Shown piece by piece: positions 1 through 9,899 of a stretch of DNA of 64,000 bases. The notes beneath the pieces were generated by a model. The model was not told the origin of the DNA, made no database searches, and saw only the letters and a program-made list of their open reading frames with translations. The stretch's first letter is position 1; every line of letters starts with the position of its first letter. The stretch is from NCBI GenBank assembly GCA_049516595.1, contig JBEKSY010000011.1:25063-89062 (forward strand), written 5' to 3'. Source of the DNA: Anaerolineales bacterium. GTDB lineage: Bacteria > Chloroflexota > Anaerolineae > Anaerolineales > RBG-16-64-43. Both the position numbers and the translations under genes were made by a program.

Positions 1-127
1 TGGCCACGGCGCGCGCAGGCGGAGCCTGGCGGCGCCGCGCCCCACCGCAGGCGTTCCGCTCGGGGAAAGGCTCATGCCGCCCTGACGGAGGATCCAGAAT
101 ATGCGACCGACGGACTCTCTGACCGGT

Positions 128-904
128 TCATAGGTAGCCCAGGGTTTTCAGGGTCGGACCCGCGATCTCCAGGACCTGATCCGCTTCCTCCGCCGAGAGC
201 CCCATCTGGTATTTCCCGATGCTGGCCTCGTGCACGCGCTGGGTCGAGAAGCCGCGGGGGTCGACCCCCAGCCACTCCCCTAGGGCGCTCAGTTCCCGAT
301 CTGGGTTGCGCACCAAGTCCTCATAGCGGATGCAGTAGGCCTGCGCCCGGTGCCTCTCCATCGCCTGGATGGCCCGCACCCAATCCTGGGCCACCTGTGC
401 CGCCGTGTGGACATCCTTCCACAGCGGGCGATTCCGCCAGACGGTCCGCACTTGTTTCAGGGTCGAACTCACCACATCGCGAGCGTCGCGGTAGATGACC
501 AGGATCTGCAGGCCGGGCTCACGCGCGAGGTCATCGAGCCGGAAGATGTAACGGGGGTACTTGTCTCCCACAATCCGGGCTTGGGGAAAGATGGCATGCA
601 GGACGCGCTCGACCTCCCTCACCCCGATCGGGCCCCCCGCGTTCGGCAAGAGTCCCAGGAGATATTGGGCCAAGAAGGCTGCGCTCGGGAGCTTGGCACG
701 CAGGGGGACCTCGCGACCCGTCCGGCCCACATACGCGCGATAGTACCAGTTCTTGCGCAGGGCGCGCACGTGTTCCAGGTATCCGACATTAAGAGCTCTG
801 AAGTTCTGGAATTCGATGGTGACCTGGATCTCGGGATGCAGGTTGAACAGCTGGGCCAGGAGGGTCGTTCCCGAGCGGGCATGTCCCGCAATCACCAAAG
901 CCAT
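128..904 (-). CDS. P-loop (PAPS-dependent type) sulfotransferase, NodH/Stf0-like
   Basis: ORF 128..961. MALVIAGHARSGTTLL matches the 5'-phosphosulfate-binding P-loop of sulfotransferases. The ATG at 904 aligns with the start of the paralog MALLICGHQRSGTTIL, and the two proteins are collinear (…VIYRD.RDV.SST…RYEDLV..P). Confidence 0.8.
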   Translation of the reverse strand: MALVIAGHARSGTTLLAQLFNLHPEIQVTIEFQNFRALNVGYLEHVRALRKNWYYRAYVGRTGREVPLRAKLPSAAFLAQYLLGLLPNAGGPIGVREVERVLHAIFPQARIVGDKYPRYIFRLDDLAREPGLQILVIYRDARDVVSSTLKQVRTVWRNRPLWKDVHTAAQVAQDWVRAIQAMERHRAQAYCIRYEDLVRNPDRELSALGEWLGVDPRGFSTQRVHEASIGKYQMGLSAEEADQVLEIAGPTLKTLGYL

Positions 905-970
905 GCGCACCACTCCCACGCGGGGGGCACGATCCAGACAAAGGGCCCAGCTTCGCGCCACCCCGGCTGG

Positions 971-1756
971 CTACAGCCGATACCCAAACCGCTCCATGGT
1001 CGGGCCCGCCACCTCGATCACCGCCCGAAGCTCCTCAGGGGTTAACCCCTCCCGGTGCTTTCCGATCTTGTCCGCCTGCAGGTACCGCGACGGGAAGCCC
1101 TGGGGGTCCAGCCCCAGCCAGTCCCCAATCCCCTTCAGGACCGGACCGGGATCCTGGACCAGGTCTTCGTAGCGGACGACGTGGATCCGGTCGGCGAATT
1201 GGTCCATGATCTGCATGCCCTTCACCCAGCGGCGAGCCACCTTCTCGGGGGTGTCGAGCCCTTGCACGAAGCCCCGCGTGCGCCAAGTCGTGCGAGCCAT
1301 CCTCAGGGTGGAACTGGCGACGTCCCGGCAATCGCGGTAGATGACCAGGCACTGCGCTTGCGGGCTGGCCGTCAGCTCGGGCAGGTGGGAGAGGTAGTCG
1401 GGGAACTTGTCCCCCACCACCCTGGCCCGCGGGAAGAGGCACCGTAAGGCCCCTTCGATGGCGGCGACCGAGACTCGCTCTCTCCAGAAACGAGTGTAGG
1501 CGAGAAGGTAGCAGGGAACAAGAAGGTGATTGCGCAGGAAATTGAGCGGGCCCAGGGCCACGGGCACGAGTAGATTGTTGCGCCGACGGAGCAGCCACCA
1601 GCGACCCAGAATCCATCGCACGTAGACACGGTAGGAAAGGCCGAGCTGCCAAAAGTTGGCGAATTCCACCGTCAGGCGGATATCTGGATGGCGGCCGACC
1701 ACGTCGGCCAGGATCGTGGTTCCCGAACGTTGGTGCCCACAGATCAGAAGGGCCAT
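971..1756 (-). CDS. P-loop sulfotransferase, paralog of 128..904
   Basis: N-terminal MALLICGHQRSGTTIL, then VIYRDCRDVASSTL and RYEDLVQDP. The start lies 1 nt downstream of the ABC gene stop, consistent with one operon. Confidence 0.8.
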   Translation of the reverse strand: MALLICGHQRSGTTILADVVGRHPDIRLTVEFANFWQLGLSYRVYVRWILGRWWLLRRRNNLLVPVALGPLNFLRNHLLVPCYLLAYTRFWRERVSVAAIEGALRCLFPRARVVGDKFPDYLSHLPELTASPQAQCLVIYRDCRDVASSTLRMARTTWRTRGFVQGLDTPEKVARRWVKGMQIMDQFADRIHVVRYEDLVQDPGPVLKGIGDWLGLDPQGFPSRYLQADKIGKHREGLTPEELRAVIEVAGPTMERFGYRL

Positions 1757-1757
1757 G

Positions 1758-3590
1758 CTAAGCCTCGGTGGAGCCGGTGTCCATCAGCTGCTGGTGCAAG
1801 CGGAATAAGTTGGCATAGAGACCTCCGAGGGCGACCAGTTCCGCGTGGGTTCCGGTTTCGACAATCCGTCCGCTGTCAATCACCACGATGCGGCTGGCGA
1901 GCCGGACAGTGGAAAACCGGTGGGAAATGAGCACCGTCGTGCGCCCGCGGGCCAGCTCGCGGAACTGCGAGAATAGCTGGAACTCGGCCCGGGCGTCCAG
2001 ATTCGAAGTCGGTTCATCCAGGATGAGCACCCGGGCCTCGCGCGCGAAGGCGCGGGCCACCGCGATCTTCTGCCATTGCCCGCCTGAGAGGTCGACCTCC
2101 CCGAACATGCGGCCAATGAGGGTGTCGTAGCCCTGGGGGAGTCCCCTCGCCAACTCATCCAGCTGGGCCAGCCGCCCCAGCTCTTCCACTCGGCGCCGGT
2201 CGTCCAGCAAGCGGCGCCAATCCCCCAGGGCGATGTTCTCCCAGAGGGTCCCTTCATAACGGCCGAAGTTCTGAAATACACATGCGATCTCCCCGTGCAA
2301 GGCCTCCAGGGCGTACTCCCGCAGGTCGATCCCGTCCAGGGTGATGGTCCCTTGGTCGGGGTCGTAGAGCCGGGCAATCAGCTTGACCAAGGTGGTCTTC
2401 CCGGCTCCGTTCTCACCGACCACGGCCAGCGTCTCCCCGGGCCGGATCTCGAGTGTGATGTCGGACAAGGCCGGAACGCTGGTGCCGGGATAGGTGAAGG
2501 TCACGTGGTCGAGGGCCAAACCGCCGCGGAAGGTCTCCGGCCGCCGCTGGCCGTGATCGCGCACCTGGGGTTCCAGAGCCAGGAACTCGCGGAGATTGGA
2601 CACATACAGCGCTTGTTCCAGGATGGTGGCAAAGGCCCGGGTCGTGGAGTCGAGCGAGCTGCGCAGACGCGCCGCGCTGCCCCCGTAAATGGCTACGTCG
2701 CCGATCGTGAGTTGGCCCGCCACGGCGCGAATCACCACGTGCCCAAAGGCCACAAAGTAGGCTGCGGTCGAAAGGATGCCAAAGAGAAGGCCCCCGTTCA
2801 GCCCCCGCGCATAGAGCTTGCGGTCCTCCTCCTTGAAGGCCGTCATGAGCTTCCGGAAGCGCTGGATCAAGAGCGGAGCCAGATCCAGGATCTTGACCTC
2901 CGGGATGTACGCCTGACCGGTCAACCTCGTCACGAAGTAGCGGCTCCAGCGCCGCTTGGTCGTCCGCGAGTGCTCTTCGGCGAATCGCCGCCGGGCAAGT
3001 TGCCACTGGAACACCAGTTGGGGAGCGAAGATGGGCACAATCGCGAGGGTCAGGACGGGCTCGATGACGATCAGCACGGCGGAGAGGGAGGCCACCTGGG
3101 CCATGCCCGTGAGACCCGCCAGGACGGCGTTCACAAAGAGGGTGAAGTGCTGGGCCGTGTTCTCCTGCGCGCGGTCCATGATGTCCTGGATCGCCGGGTC
3201 CTCAAAGGCCGGGACGTCGAGCCGGGCCGCGTGTTCGAGAATGCGGTGGGTAATTCCCAGGTTGAGTTCGTCGAACAGGCGCTGCGAGAGGTACGCTTGC
3301 CACAGGCTGATCGCCACGTCCAAGAGCGCCAATCCGAGCGCCAGCAGGAGCCAGGGCAGGACCGCCGGGAGGGCGGCCCCCTTCCCGGTCAGGGCCTTGA
3401 GGGCCGCGTTGACGATTCCCCGAGCTGCAAGCGCCGCGCCGGCCGGCAGAAGGCTGTCGATCAAGGTGCTGCTCGCCAGCATCGCCGTTAGAGGGCGATG
3501 GGTGGCCCAGGTCAGCCGGAGCGCCCAGCGGGCGTTCTGCCAAAGCTTGCGTGGGCCAAAGTCAACAGCTGGATTGCTTTCCGTGGACAT
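1758..3590 (-). CDS. ABC transporter, fused permease/ATP-binding exporter (MsbA-like)
   Basis: N-terminal multi-TM half. Walker A GENGAGKTTLVKL, signature LSGGQWQKIAVARAF, Walker B VLILDEPTSNLD. ATG at 3590 is preceded by GGAGG/GAGGTGGG on the minus strand; the ORF track starts at a GTG at 3599. Confidence 0.9.
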   Translation of the reverse strand: MSTESNPAVDFGPRKLWQNARWALRLTWATHRPLTAMLASSTLIDSLLPAGAALAARGIVNAALKALTGKGAALPAVLPWLLLALGLALLDVAISLWQAYLSQRLFDELNLGITHRILEHAARLDVPAFEDPAIQDIMDRAQENTAQHFTLFVNAVLAGLTGMAQVASLSAVLIVIEPVLTLAIVPIFAPQLVFQWQLARRRFAEEHSRTTKRRWSRYFVTRLTGQAYIPEVKILDLAPLLIQRFRKLMTAFKEEDRKLYARGLNGGLLFGILSTAAYFVAFGHVVIRAVAGQLTIGDVAIYGGSAARLRSSLDSTTRAFATILEQALYVSNLREFLALEPQVRDHGQRRPETFRGGLALDHVTFTYPGTSVPALSDITLEIRPGETLAVVGENGAGKTTLVKLIARLYDPDQGTITLDGIDLREYALEALHGEIACVFQNFGRYEGTLWENIALGDWRRLLDDRRRVEELGRLAQLDELARGLPQGYDTLIGRMFGEVDLSGGQWQKIAVARAFAREARVLILDEPTSNLDARAEFQLFSQFRELARGRTTVLISHRFSTVRLASRIVVIDSGRIVETGTHAELVALGGLYANLFRLHQQLMDTGSTEA

Positions 3591-3647
3591 TGAACCCACC
3601 TCGTTCCTCCAGGGCGACCGCGTGCTTCGGCCCAGAGGAGCCTGGCC

Positions 3648-6497
3648 TCAGTTCCATTGCGTGACCCGACGGGCCACCTCCCCACTCAATTGCGCACTCG
3701 CCCGAAGCCATACCCCCCACCCGCGCGGTCGTGCCAGCTGCTTGAGGGCCGGGACCGCCAATTCGAGCAGGGATCTGCGCCAGCGCCTTTGCAGGGCCCG
3801 CGCTGCCAGGGCAAGGTACAGGCCCATCACCTCCATTCGCTCCTCGGAACCCACAACTCCCGCACGCAAGGCCTCCCCCCACAATTGATCCAGGTTCTCT
3901 TGCCGGACGGGTTGGCTGGACTCGAGAAGCGCGCCCTGGGTCCACTCGACCAGCTCCCGCGTGGTGAGGCGCGGGAAGTGGTTGAGGGCGTCCCGCCCCT
4001 CAGCCGTGTCTCCCTGCGCATACGGCTGCCAGACCTGAAGCCAGAAATCCAGCGCCCGCTCCGTCTCCTCCCAGGCGCCGGGTCCCATCTTGGAGGCGCG
4101 CCGGAAGACCGGCCAGAGGGCCCTCAGCCGGCCGAGCGGCACGCTCCCGCCCGGTTCGCGTCGGGCCCGTCCGGCAAGGTCGTTCAGCCATTCCAGAACA
4201 AGCGGTGTCCCCCAGAGGCGGGTGTATCCCTGAGTTCGCCCCAAGTAGGCGGCGGCCGCATCCGCCTGTCCGCTCTGGATCAGGTACCAGGAGATCCACA
4301 GCAGGGAAAAGAAGAACGCTCTCTTCTCCAGCCGGCGGATGCGCCGCGGCACGGGCTGCTCTCGGAAGAAGCGCAGGAGGGTGGCGTCTAGATCGCGGGC
4401 TTGGTGCAGGCTGTCGCGCGTGATGTTGGTAGCATGCATTCTCCGGCAGACCGTGACTGAGGGGATCCAATCGCCCCGGGATCCGAGGAGCGCCAGGCGA
4501 AGGAGCAGGTCCACATCCTCCGCTTGCACCAGCCGAGTGTCGAATCCTCCGCTGCGCTCCAGCCAATCCCGGCGGAACATCATGCCCCCCAGGAACACCG
4601 GCTTCCACATCAGCCAGCCCTCTAGGTCGAGCCGGGGAACTTCTTTCCAGGGAGTCTCGTCGGCGATCGCTTCCCCCCGGGTGCCGACGAGCCTCCAGCC
4701 GCTGTGAGAGAACCCGTGGGATCGGTGGGCAGCCAGTTGTCGCGCATGCGCGCGGAGCGTGCCTGGGAGCAGAAAATCGTCGGCATCCAGGAAAAGGATG
4801 AACTCCCCATGCGCGATCCCCAGCCCCCGGTTGCGCGCCGCGGCCGGGCCCTGGTGCGACTGGCGGACGTAGGTCAACTCCGGGGCCTGCGGCGTCAGCG
4901 CCTCGGCCGTCCCATCCGTGGACTCGTCGTCGACCACGATGATTTCCCGCTGCGGGTAATCCTGGGAAAGGATACTCTCCACCGCCTGGGCGACATAGGG
5001 CTGCTGGTTGTAGGCCGCAATGATCACGCTCACCAGACCGCTCTCGCACGGCGGCGGGCTCGCCGCTAAGGATCCCCTCACCGCCGGCGGATGGGCCGTT
5101 CGGCCGCCAGGCAGCCTCGTTCGGACCACCCAGCTGCGAGCCCCCGACCGCAGGAGACCCAGCCAGGCCCGCAGGCTGACCCGACTGAGGCCTTGGGCGA
5201 GGGCCTTCCCCAGCGCCGCCCAGGCTCGGCGCCTGTCCTGCACCTTGAGGCTGTCGGCCAACACGGCCAGGTACAGCGTCATGACCTCATGCCGCGCCGC
5301 CCCGCGCACGAGGCCGCGGCGCTCCAGTTCATCCCAAACGGCCCTCACGCTGCGCGCATCCACGGGACGGGGAGCGCCCACCAGGATGGGCACGGTGAGA
5401 TCGGTCAAGAGATGGCCGTCTTCCACGGGCTCCTTCATTAAAGAGCCGAGATCCCAAGGTTCTCCTTGGCTGCAGGGCCACCAGACTCGGCAAAACCAGT
5501 CATACTGGGTTTCAACCCGGTCCCACTGCTCGCGGGAGATCCCGGCCGCCTCGCGCAGGAGCAAGCGGGTTTCCTGGCTCTGTGAGGGTGGCACGTCCTG
5601 CCCCTGGCCCCAGGCGTGGAAGCGCATCATCCAGCGCAGCGCTGATTGCGGCGCGGGCCAGTCGGCCAGGGCCAGGGAAGCCCGGAGACGCGCCTCGGCC
5701 TGAGGGCGGTAGCCCGTTCGCCACAGGTGCCACGCCGCCCAGACCGTTGTGTCGTGGCGAACTCGCCGTTCCATCCGCTGCAGATTCCCGGGAAGCCCCG
5801 GAAGCGAAAAGAAACGATCCAAGACCAGATCCAGCGCCTCGGCCTGCACCACCCCCTGGCGCGTGAGGTTGTCGGCATGCAACCGACAGCAAAGCGTGGC
5901 CTCGCGCAGCCAGACCGACCGGCACCCCCGCCACGCCAGGCGCAGCATCAAATCGACATCCGCGGATTGGGGCAGCGTCTCGTCAAACCCGCCGGCACGC
6001 TCCAGCCAGCGCCTCTCCACCAGAGTAGCTCCCATACGGGCGGGCTTCCAGATCAGCCATCCCCTCAGGTCAAGCCGGGGCGCATCCTGCCAGGGCTCAA
6101 CTTGGCGCAGGAGAGTGCCGTCCGCCTGGACGAACCGCCATCCGCTGTGCACCAGGCCGGCCCTGGGGTTGGCGGCCAGGCGCTCCGCCAACCGCTCCAG
6201 GTGCTCGGGAAGATAGTAGTCGTCGGCATCCAGAAAGGCGATGAGCTCGCCCCGGGCCTGGGCGATCCCGCAGTTCCGGGCCGCCGACACCCCGCGGTGC
6301 GGCTCGGGAAAGTAGCGAATGCGCCCCAGAATGGGTTGCAGGACCTGGAAGGTGCCGTCGGTCGAGCCATCATCCACCACAATGATCTCCGCCGGAGGAT
6401 GGTGTTGCCTGAAGATGCTCTCCAGGGCCTCCCGGATGAAGCGGCCGCCATTGTAGGTGGCCATGACCACGCTGATCGGAGCATCGGCCCTGCTCAT
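3648..6497 (-). CDS. Tandem double glycosyltransferase family 2 protein (two GT2 + helical modules)
   Basis: Two GT2 cores. Module 1: ISVVMATYNGGRFI…IIVVDDGSTDGT…FLDADD. Module 2: VSVIIAAYNQQPYV…IIVVDDESTDGT…FLDADD. The modules stay collinear beyond the GT2 core (…HSGWR.V…PRLDL.GWL.WKP…W.ER.GGFD…DVDL.LRLA…). Confidence 0.85.
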   Translation of the reverse strand: MSRADAPISVVMATYNGGRFIREALESIFRQHHPPAEIIVVDDGSTDGTFQVLQPILGRIRYFPEPHRGVSAARNCGIAQARGELIAFLDADDYYLPEHLERLAERLAANPRAGLVHSGWRFVQADGTLLRQVEPWQDAPRLDLRGWLIWKPARMGATLVERRWLERAGGFDETLPQSADVDLMLRLAWRGCRSVWLREATLCCRLHADNLTRQGVVQAEALDLVLDRFFSLPGLPGNLQRMERRVRHDTTVWAAWHLWRTGYRPQAEARLRASLALADWPAPQSALRWMMRFHAWGQGQDVPPSQSQETRLLLREAAGISREQWDRVETQYDWFCRVWWPCSQGEPWDLGSLMKEPVEDGHLLTDLTVPILVGAPRPVDARSVRAVWDELERRGLVRGAARHEVMTLYLAVLADSLKVQDRRRAWAALGKALAQGLSRVSLRAWLGLLRSGARSWVVRTRLPGGRTAHPPAVRGSLAASPPPCESGLVSVIIAAYNQQPYVAQAVESILSQDYPQREIIVVDDESTDGTAEALTPQAPELTYVRQSHQGPAAARNRGLGIAHGEFILFLDADDFLLPGTLRAHARQLAAHRSHGFSHSGWRLVGTRGEAIADETPWKEVPRLDLEGWLMWKPVFLGGMMFRRDWLERSGGFDTRLVQAEDVDLLLRLALLGSRGDWIPSVTVCRRMHATNITRDSLHQARDLDATLLRFFREQPVPRRIRRLEKRAFFFSLLWISWYLIQSGQADAAAAYLGRTQGYTRLWGTPLVLEWLNDLAGRARREPGGSVPLGRLRALWPVFRRASKMGPGAWEETERALDFWLQVWQPYAQGDTAEGRDALNHFPRLTTRELVEWTQGALLESSQPVRQENLDQLWGEALRAGVVGSEERMEVMGLYLALAARALQRRWRRSLLELAVPALKQLARPRGWGVWLRASAQLSGEVARRVTQWN

Positions 6498-6575
6498 CGC
6501 TGGCGCCTCCGAATCCCGACCCCGGCCCTCACGCCATCCTCCTCCCCAAGCCGCTGAGCCACAAGGACCCCCCGG

Positions 6576-7454
6576 TCAAGCACCGCCGCGCATCCGTTCA
6601 TAGCGCGAGCCGATGAAGTGCGCGCCCTGGGAGAGGGCCAGGAGGGCCCACATCGCGAGCGGCGCCCTGTCCTCTTGCAACTGCCTGGCCAGCGCAAGAT
6701 GAAACTGCGGCCGTCTTCGCTGGCCAATCCACCGAGGCAGGCGGTTTCGGAGCAGCGCGCGCCGGAAGCCGTCATCCCCTCGGCCGTAGCGGAACTGGAG
6801 CCGGACGTACTGCCAGGCGGTGAGGGCGTGGTCGTGCCACACGCGAGCTTCCGGCTGATAGCCCTGCCGGAAGCCGCGCGCCAGAAGCCGATGACCCAGC
6901 TCGCGGTCCTCGGCGCCCGGCCACCGAAAGGAGCGGTCATACCCCCCCAGACTCTCAAAGACCTCTCGCTTGTAGGCGGCGTTGTTGCTGCAGGCCAGAT
7001 AGACATCCCCGTTGGGGAAGCGCGAGTAGTTTTGGAGGAAGTCAATCAGATACTCATGGCTTCTCGCCGGCACGCGTCTCGGCCAGGGGTTGAGGCTCCG
7101 GCCGGCCAACGCGTCCCAAGAACCCTCCGCGAAGGCCTCCGCAAAGCGGCCCAGCCAATCCGGGAAGGGCCGACAGTCGTCGTCCGTGAAGGCCAGATGG
7201 GTGCCGTGCGCCTCGCGGGCCCCTGCATTGCGCGCGGCGGCGGGGCCCTGATGCGGGATGTCCAGGGCGCGCATGGGTAGGACCCCCTGCAACTCGGAGG
7301 GCAGATCCGCCCAGGGGGCGCGGCCTCCATCGTTGACCACCAGCAGCTCCCACCCCCCCGGCGGGTCAGTAAGGCCGCACAGGCTGACCAAGCAGGCCCG
7401 CAACTGCTGCGGGCGGTTATAGGTGGGGATCACGACGCTAAACGAGAGGGGCAT
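6576..7454 (-). CDS. Glycosyltransferase family 2
   Basis: FSVVIPTYNRPQQL, LLVVNDGG and a FTDDDC (DxD) motif. ATG at 7454 lies 4 nt after the GT4 stop; the ORF track uses a TTG at 7478. Confidence 0.85.
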   Translation of the reverse strand: MPLSFSVVIPTYNRPQQLRACLVSLCGLTDPPGGWELLVVNDGGRAPWADLPSELQGVLPMRALDIPHQGPAAARNAGAREAHGTHLAFTDDDCRPFPDWLGRFAEAFAEGSWDALAGRSLNPWPRRVPARSHEYLIDFLQNYSRFPNGDVYLACSNNAAYKREVFESLGGYDRSFRWPGAEDRELGHRLLARGFRQGYQPEARVWHDHALTAWQYVRLQFRYGRGDDGFRRALLRNRLPRWIGQRRRPQFHLALARQLQEDRAPLAMWALLALSQGAHFIGSRYERMRGGA

Positions 7455-7458
7455 AGGC

Positions 7459-8595
7459 TTATCGCGCCTCTCGAGCAACCGCGATGGCCTGGCGGAAGCG
7501 CTCCGCCACGGCGTGCGCGTCGAACCGGTCCGCCAAGGCCTGGCCTTGGGCCGCGAACGAGCCGCGCAGATCCGGGTCGCGCAGAAGCGCGAGGATCTTC
7601 CCGGCCATTTCCTCCGTCCGCTCCGGGTTCACGACGAACCCGTCCTTTCCCTCGGTGACGTAATCGCACACGCCCGCGTATTGCGAGCACACCACCGGGA
7701 GGCCGCTCGTCCACGCTTCCACCACCACCACCCCGAAGGTGTCCTCCAGGGAGGGAAGGGCGAGGACATCGGCGTCCGCGAAGACGCGCGGCAAGCTGCC
7801 CGGCTCCACAAAGCCGAGGAACTCCACGCGGTCGCGGTAACCTCCGCGTGAGGCTTGTGACTCCAGCTGAGGCCGTAGCGGTCCCGACCCGGCCAGGATC
7901 AGGCGGGCCTGGGGCATCTCGCCGGCCACCCGAGCGAAGGCCTCCAGCAGAAGTGCCACCCCCTTCCGATCGCTGAGGCTGCCGACATACAGCAGGGTGG
8001 GCGGACGCGGCCGAAGCTGGCCGCGAGCGCGTTCCACCCTCTCCCGAAAGAGGCGCACGTCGTGGCTCTGAGGCGCCTCGTAGATGCGATCCGGCCGCGC
8101 CCCAAGGGCTTGCAGGTTGGCGCAGGCAGCGCGGCTGGTGCCCAGGTAGGCACTGGCTCGAGGCACGATGATCCGGCGGGTCAGCCTCTGCCCCCGGGTG
8201 AGCCCGCGGTCGCTGTGCGCGGTGCACTCGCTCCACGCGACGTATCCGCATCGGCGCAGGCGCGAGTACAGCAGGGCCGTCAGGGCCGGGAGGGAGTACT
8301 CATATCCGATGACCACTTCGGGCGACAGGCGCAAGAGGTGCGGGAGGAGCGTTGGGTTCACGTAGAGCGTGCGCCATTCGCGGTAGCGCGGCTTGGGCAG
8401 CCGGAAGAAGAATCCGGGCAATACCGTATGCGGGAAGGGGAGAACGTGACCGGAGAGGTCCCAGGCGCGGTCCCAGCCTCGCCGGGCCGAGTAAAGGATA
8501 TGCAGGTCAATCCCCTCCAGAGAGCTGAGGGCCGCAAAGAGCGGGATGCGATAGGGGACGATCTCGTTGTTGAGGATAACGACCCGGCATCTCAT
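7459..8595 (-). CDS. Glycosyltransferase family 4 (GT-B, Glycos_transf_1)
   Basis: C-terminal LPSLEDTFGVVVVEAWTSGLPVVCSQ…GFVVNPE (EX7E-type motif). The ATG at 8595 (MRCRVVILNNEI…) is an internal start within ORF 7459..8769. Confidence 0.85.
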   Translation of the reverse strand: MRCRVVILNNEIVPYRIPLFAALSSLEGIDLHILYSARRGWDRAWDLSGHVLPFPHTVLPGFFFRLPKPRYREWRTLYVNPTLLPHLLRLSPEVVIGYEYSLPALTALLYSRLRRCGYVAWSECTAHSDRGLTRGQRLTRRIIVPRASAYLGTSRAACANLQALGARPDRIYEAPQSHDVRLFRERVERARGQLRPRPPTLLYVGSLSDRKGVALLLEAFARVAGEMPQARLILAGSGPLRPQLESQASRGGYRDRVEFLGFVEPGSLPRVFADADVLALPSLEDTFGVVVVEAWTSGLPVVCSQYAGVCDYVTEGKDGFVVNPERTEEMAGKILALLRDPDLRGSFAAQGQALADRFDAHAVAERFRQAIAVAREAR

Positions 8596-8918
8596 GGCCA
8601 ATCCAGGCGAACCTCGATCTCGGCATGAGCGGAAGCCGTCCGAGACCGGGCCGTTCAATATGGAATCGCGAAGAGGGGGGTAGCCAAGCCGATTATACAG
8701 GGTTCCCCATCCGCCACGCTCCTCCGAAGACCTACCATGGCCGCAGGTCTCGACGGCCTCAGAGGGCAACCCTCAGGACAGCTGATGCTACCGTCGCGTG
8801 GCAGAAGAGGCCGGTCCGATCGTGCGCCCAGGCCGGAAGGCCCGATCCTGCCAAGCGGGCGCCTCTCCCTGCGGGTCCCTTCTCCCCTTGGGGCTCGCCG
8901 CGCCCTTGCCGGCCCTCT

Positions 8919-9420
8919 TCATTCTTGGGTGTTCTCCTCCCGGTCTTCACGCACGAACCCGCGCGGCCGCACGAGGCTCAGGATCGGCCGGGCGGATTGC
9001 TCGGGAGAGGTTTGAACGGTGTCGCGCGCGATCTCTGGAGACCCGGGCGGCTCAATGGGATCATCGATCCCCGTGAACCTCGTAATCTCCCCGCGCCGTG
9101 CCTTGGCGTACATCTCCTGGGTGTCGCGCGTTCCCAGGACCAAGGAGGCCGTGGCCTCGTGGTCCCATCCGCAGATCTCCTCCAACCGCAGGATCGCCAG
9201 CGGCTCGTTCTTCGAATTGCGCAGCGCAATCTCCGCGCCCAGGCCAGAATCAGGGCCCCCCCAGTCCCCAGAGCCGACTGGACAGAGGTTGCCTGATCAT
9301 ACCGGATCGCCCCTTTCCTCGAAAAGGAGGAAGGATGCCGTGCTGAGGGGCGGCGAGAATTGCACGTTCCAGCCACGAACTCCCATCCGGCCAAGCCCGG
9401 CGGGGAAGTCTCGAAAGCAA
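8919..9420 (-). pseudogene. Remnant of a second sulfate adenylyltransferase/APS kinase gene (internal in-frame deletion plus in-frame stop)
   Basis: The translation …[38 protein letters not shown]|[30 protein letters not shown]… joins the N-terminal and C-terminal ends of the intact protein at 10674..12422. There is an in-frame TGA at 9297..9299. DNA similarity to 10790-10894 and 12009-12140 is visible. The upstream boundary is approximate. Confidence 0.7.
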
Positions 9421-9899
9421 GCAGCATGTGCAGGCGGGAACTCCGCTCCTTCTCCGGGGCCGTCTGAAAGGGGGCTGGGCCGAGTCGGTCCTCGGCTGCC
9501 GCGGAGAAGGTGCAGGCCGGGGCAATCGCCGCCGGCGCCGACCCCGGCTTGGCCTATGAGCCCGGCTCCGTCCGGCGCCCGGCGGTTACGGCTCTGCGAG
9601 GCTGGGGGTGCGCGGTCTGCGGAAGGCCGAACCCTTACACCGGGGAACCATTTTTGAGGGAAGGGGGATAGCTGCCCACTCGGCGGAACCGGCCAGGCGA
9701 CGGAAGCCGCTTCAGGAGCAGGAGCCGGGCAGAGTTGGGCCAAGCCCGCGCCCGCCTTACTCGGGCTCACCACGATGGCACTCGCTCTTGGTTCGTGCAG
9801 CAGGGCCCCCGCGCTCGTTCCCGCCGTGAGCCCGGCGGTCCCGGCCACCCTTCCCGCAAGCGCAAGGGTGTGGACGGTGCCGTCCAGATCCGCGCCTCC

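Noticed and set aside
2295-3491. Long ORFs antisense to real genes. Examples: 350..1045, 2295..3491, 23458..24927, 24863..26368, 38894..40417, 43339..45021, 45592..46407, 35458..36276 and 21123..21944.
   Set aside because: They are shadow ORFs of a GC-rich genome. They are Arg/Pro/Gly/Ala-rich with no recognisable motifs, and each fully overlaps a gene with strong family signatures on the other strand.
9421-9899. Possible further gene remnants between the sat/cysC ghost and the rmlC fusion.
   Set aside because: Translations in all three minus-strand frames are low-complexity. I could not align them to Sat, RmlD or glycosyltransferase sequences with any confidence.
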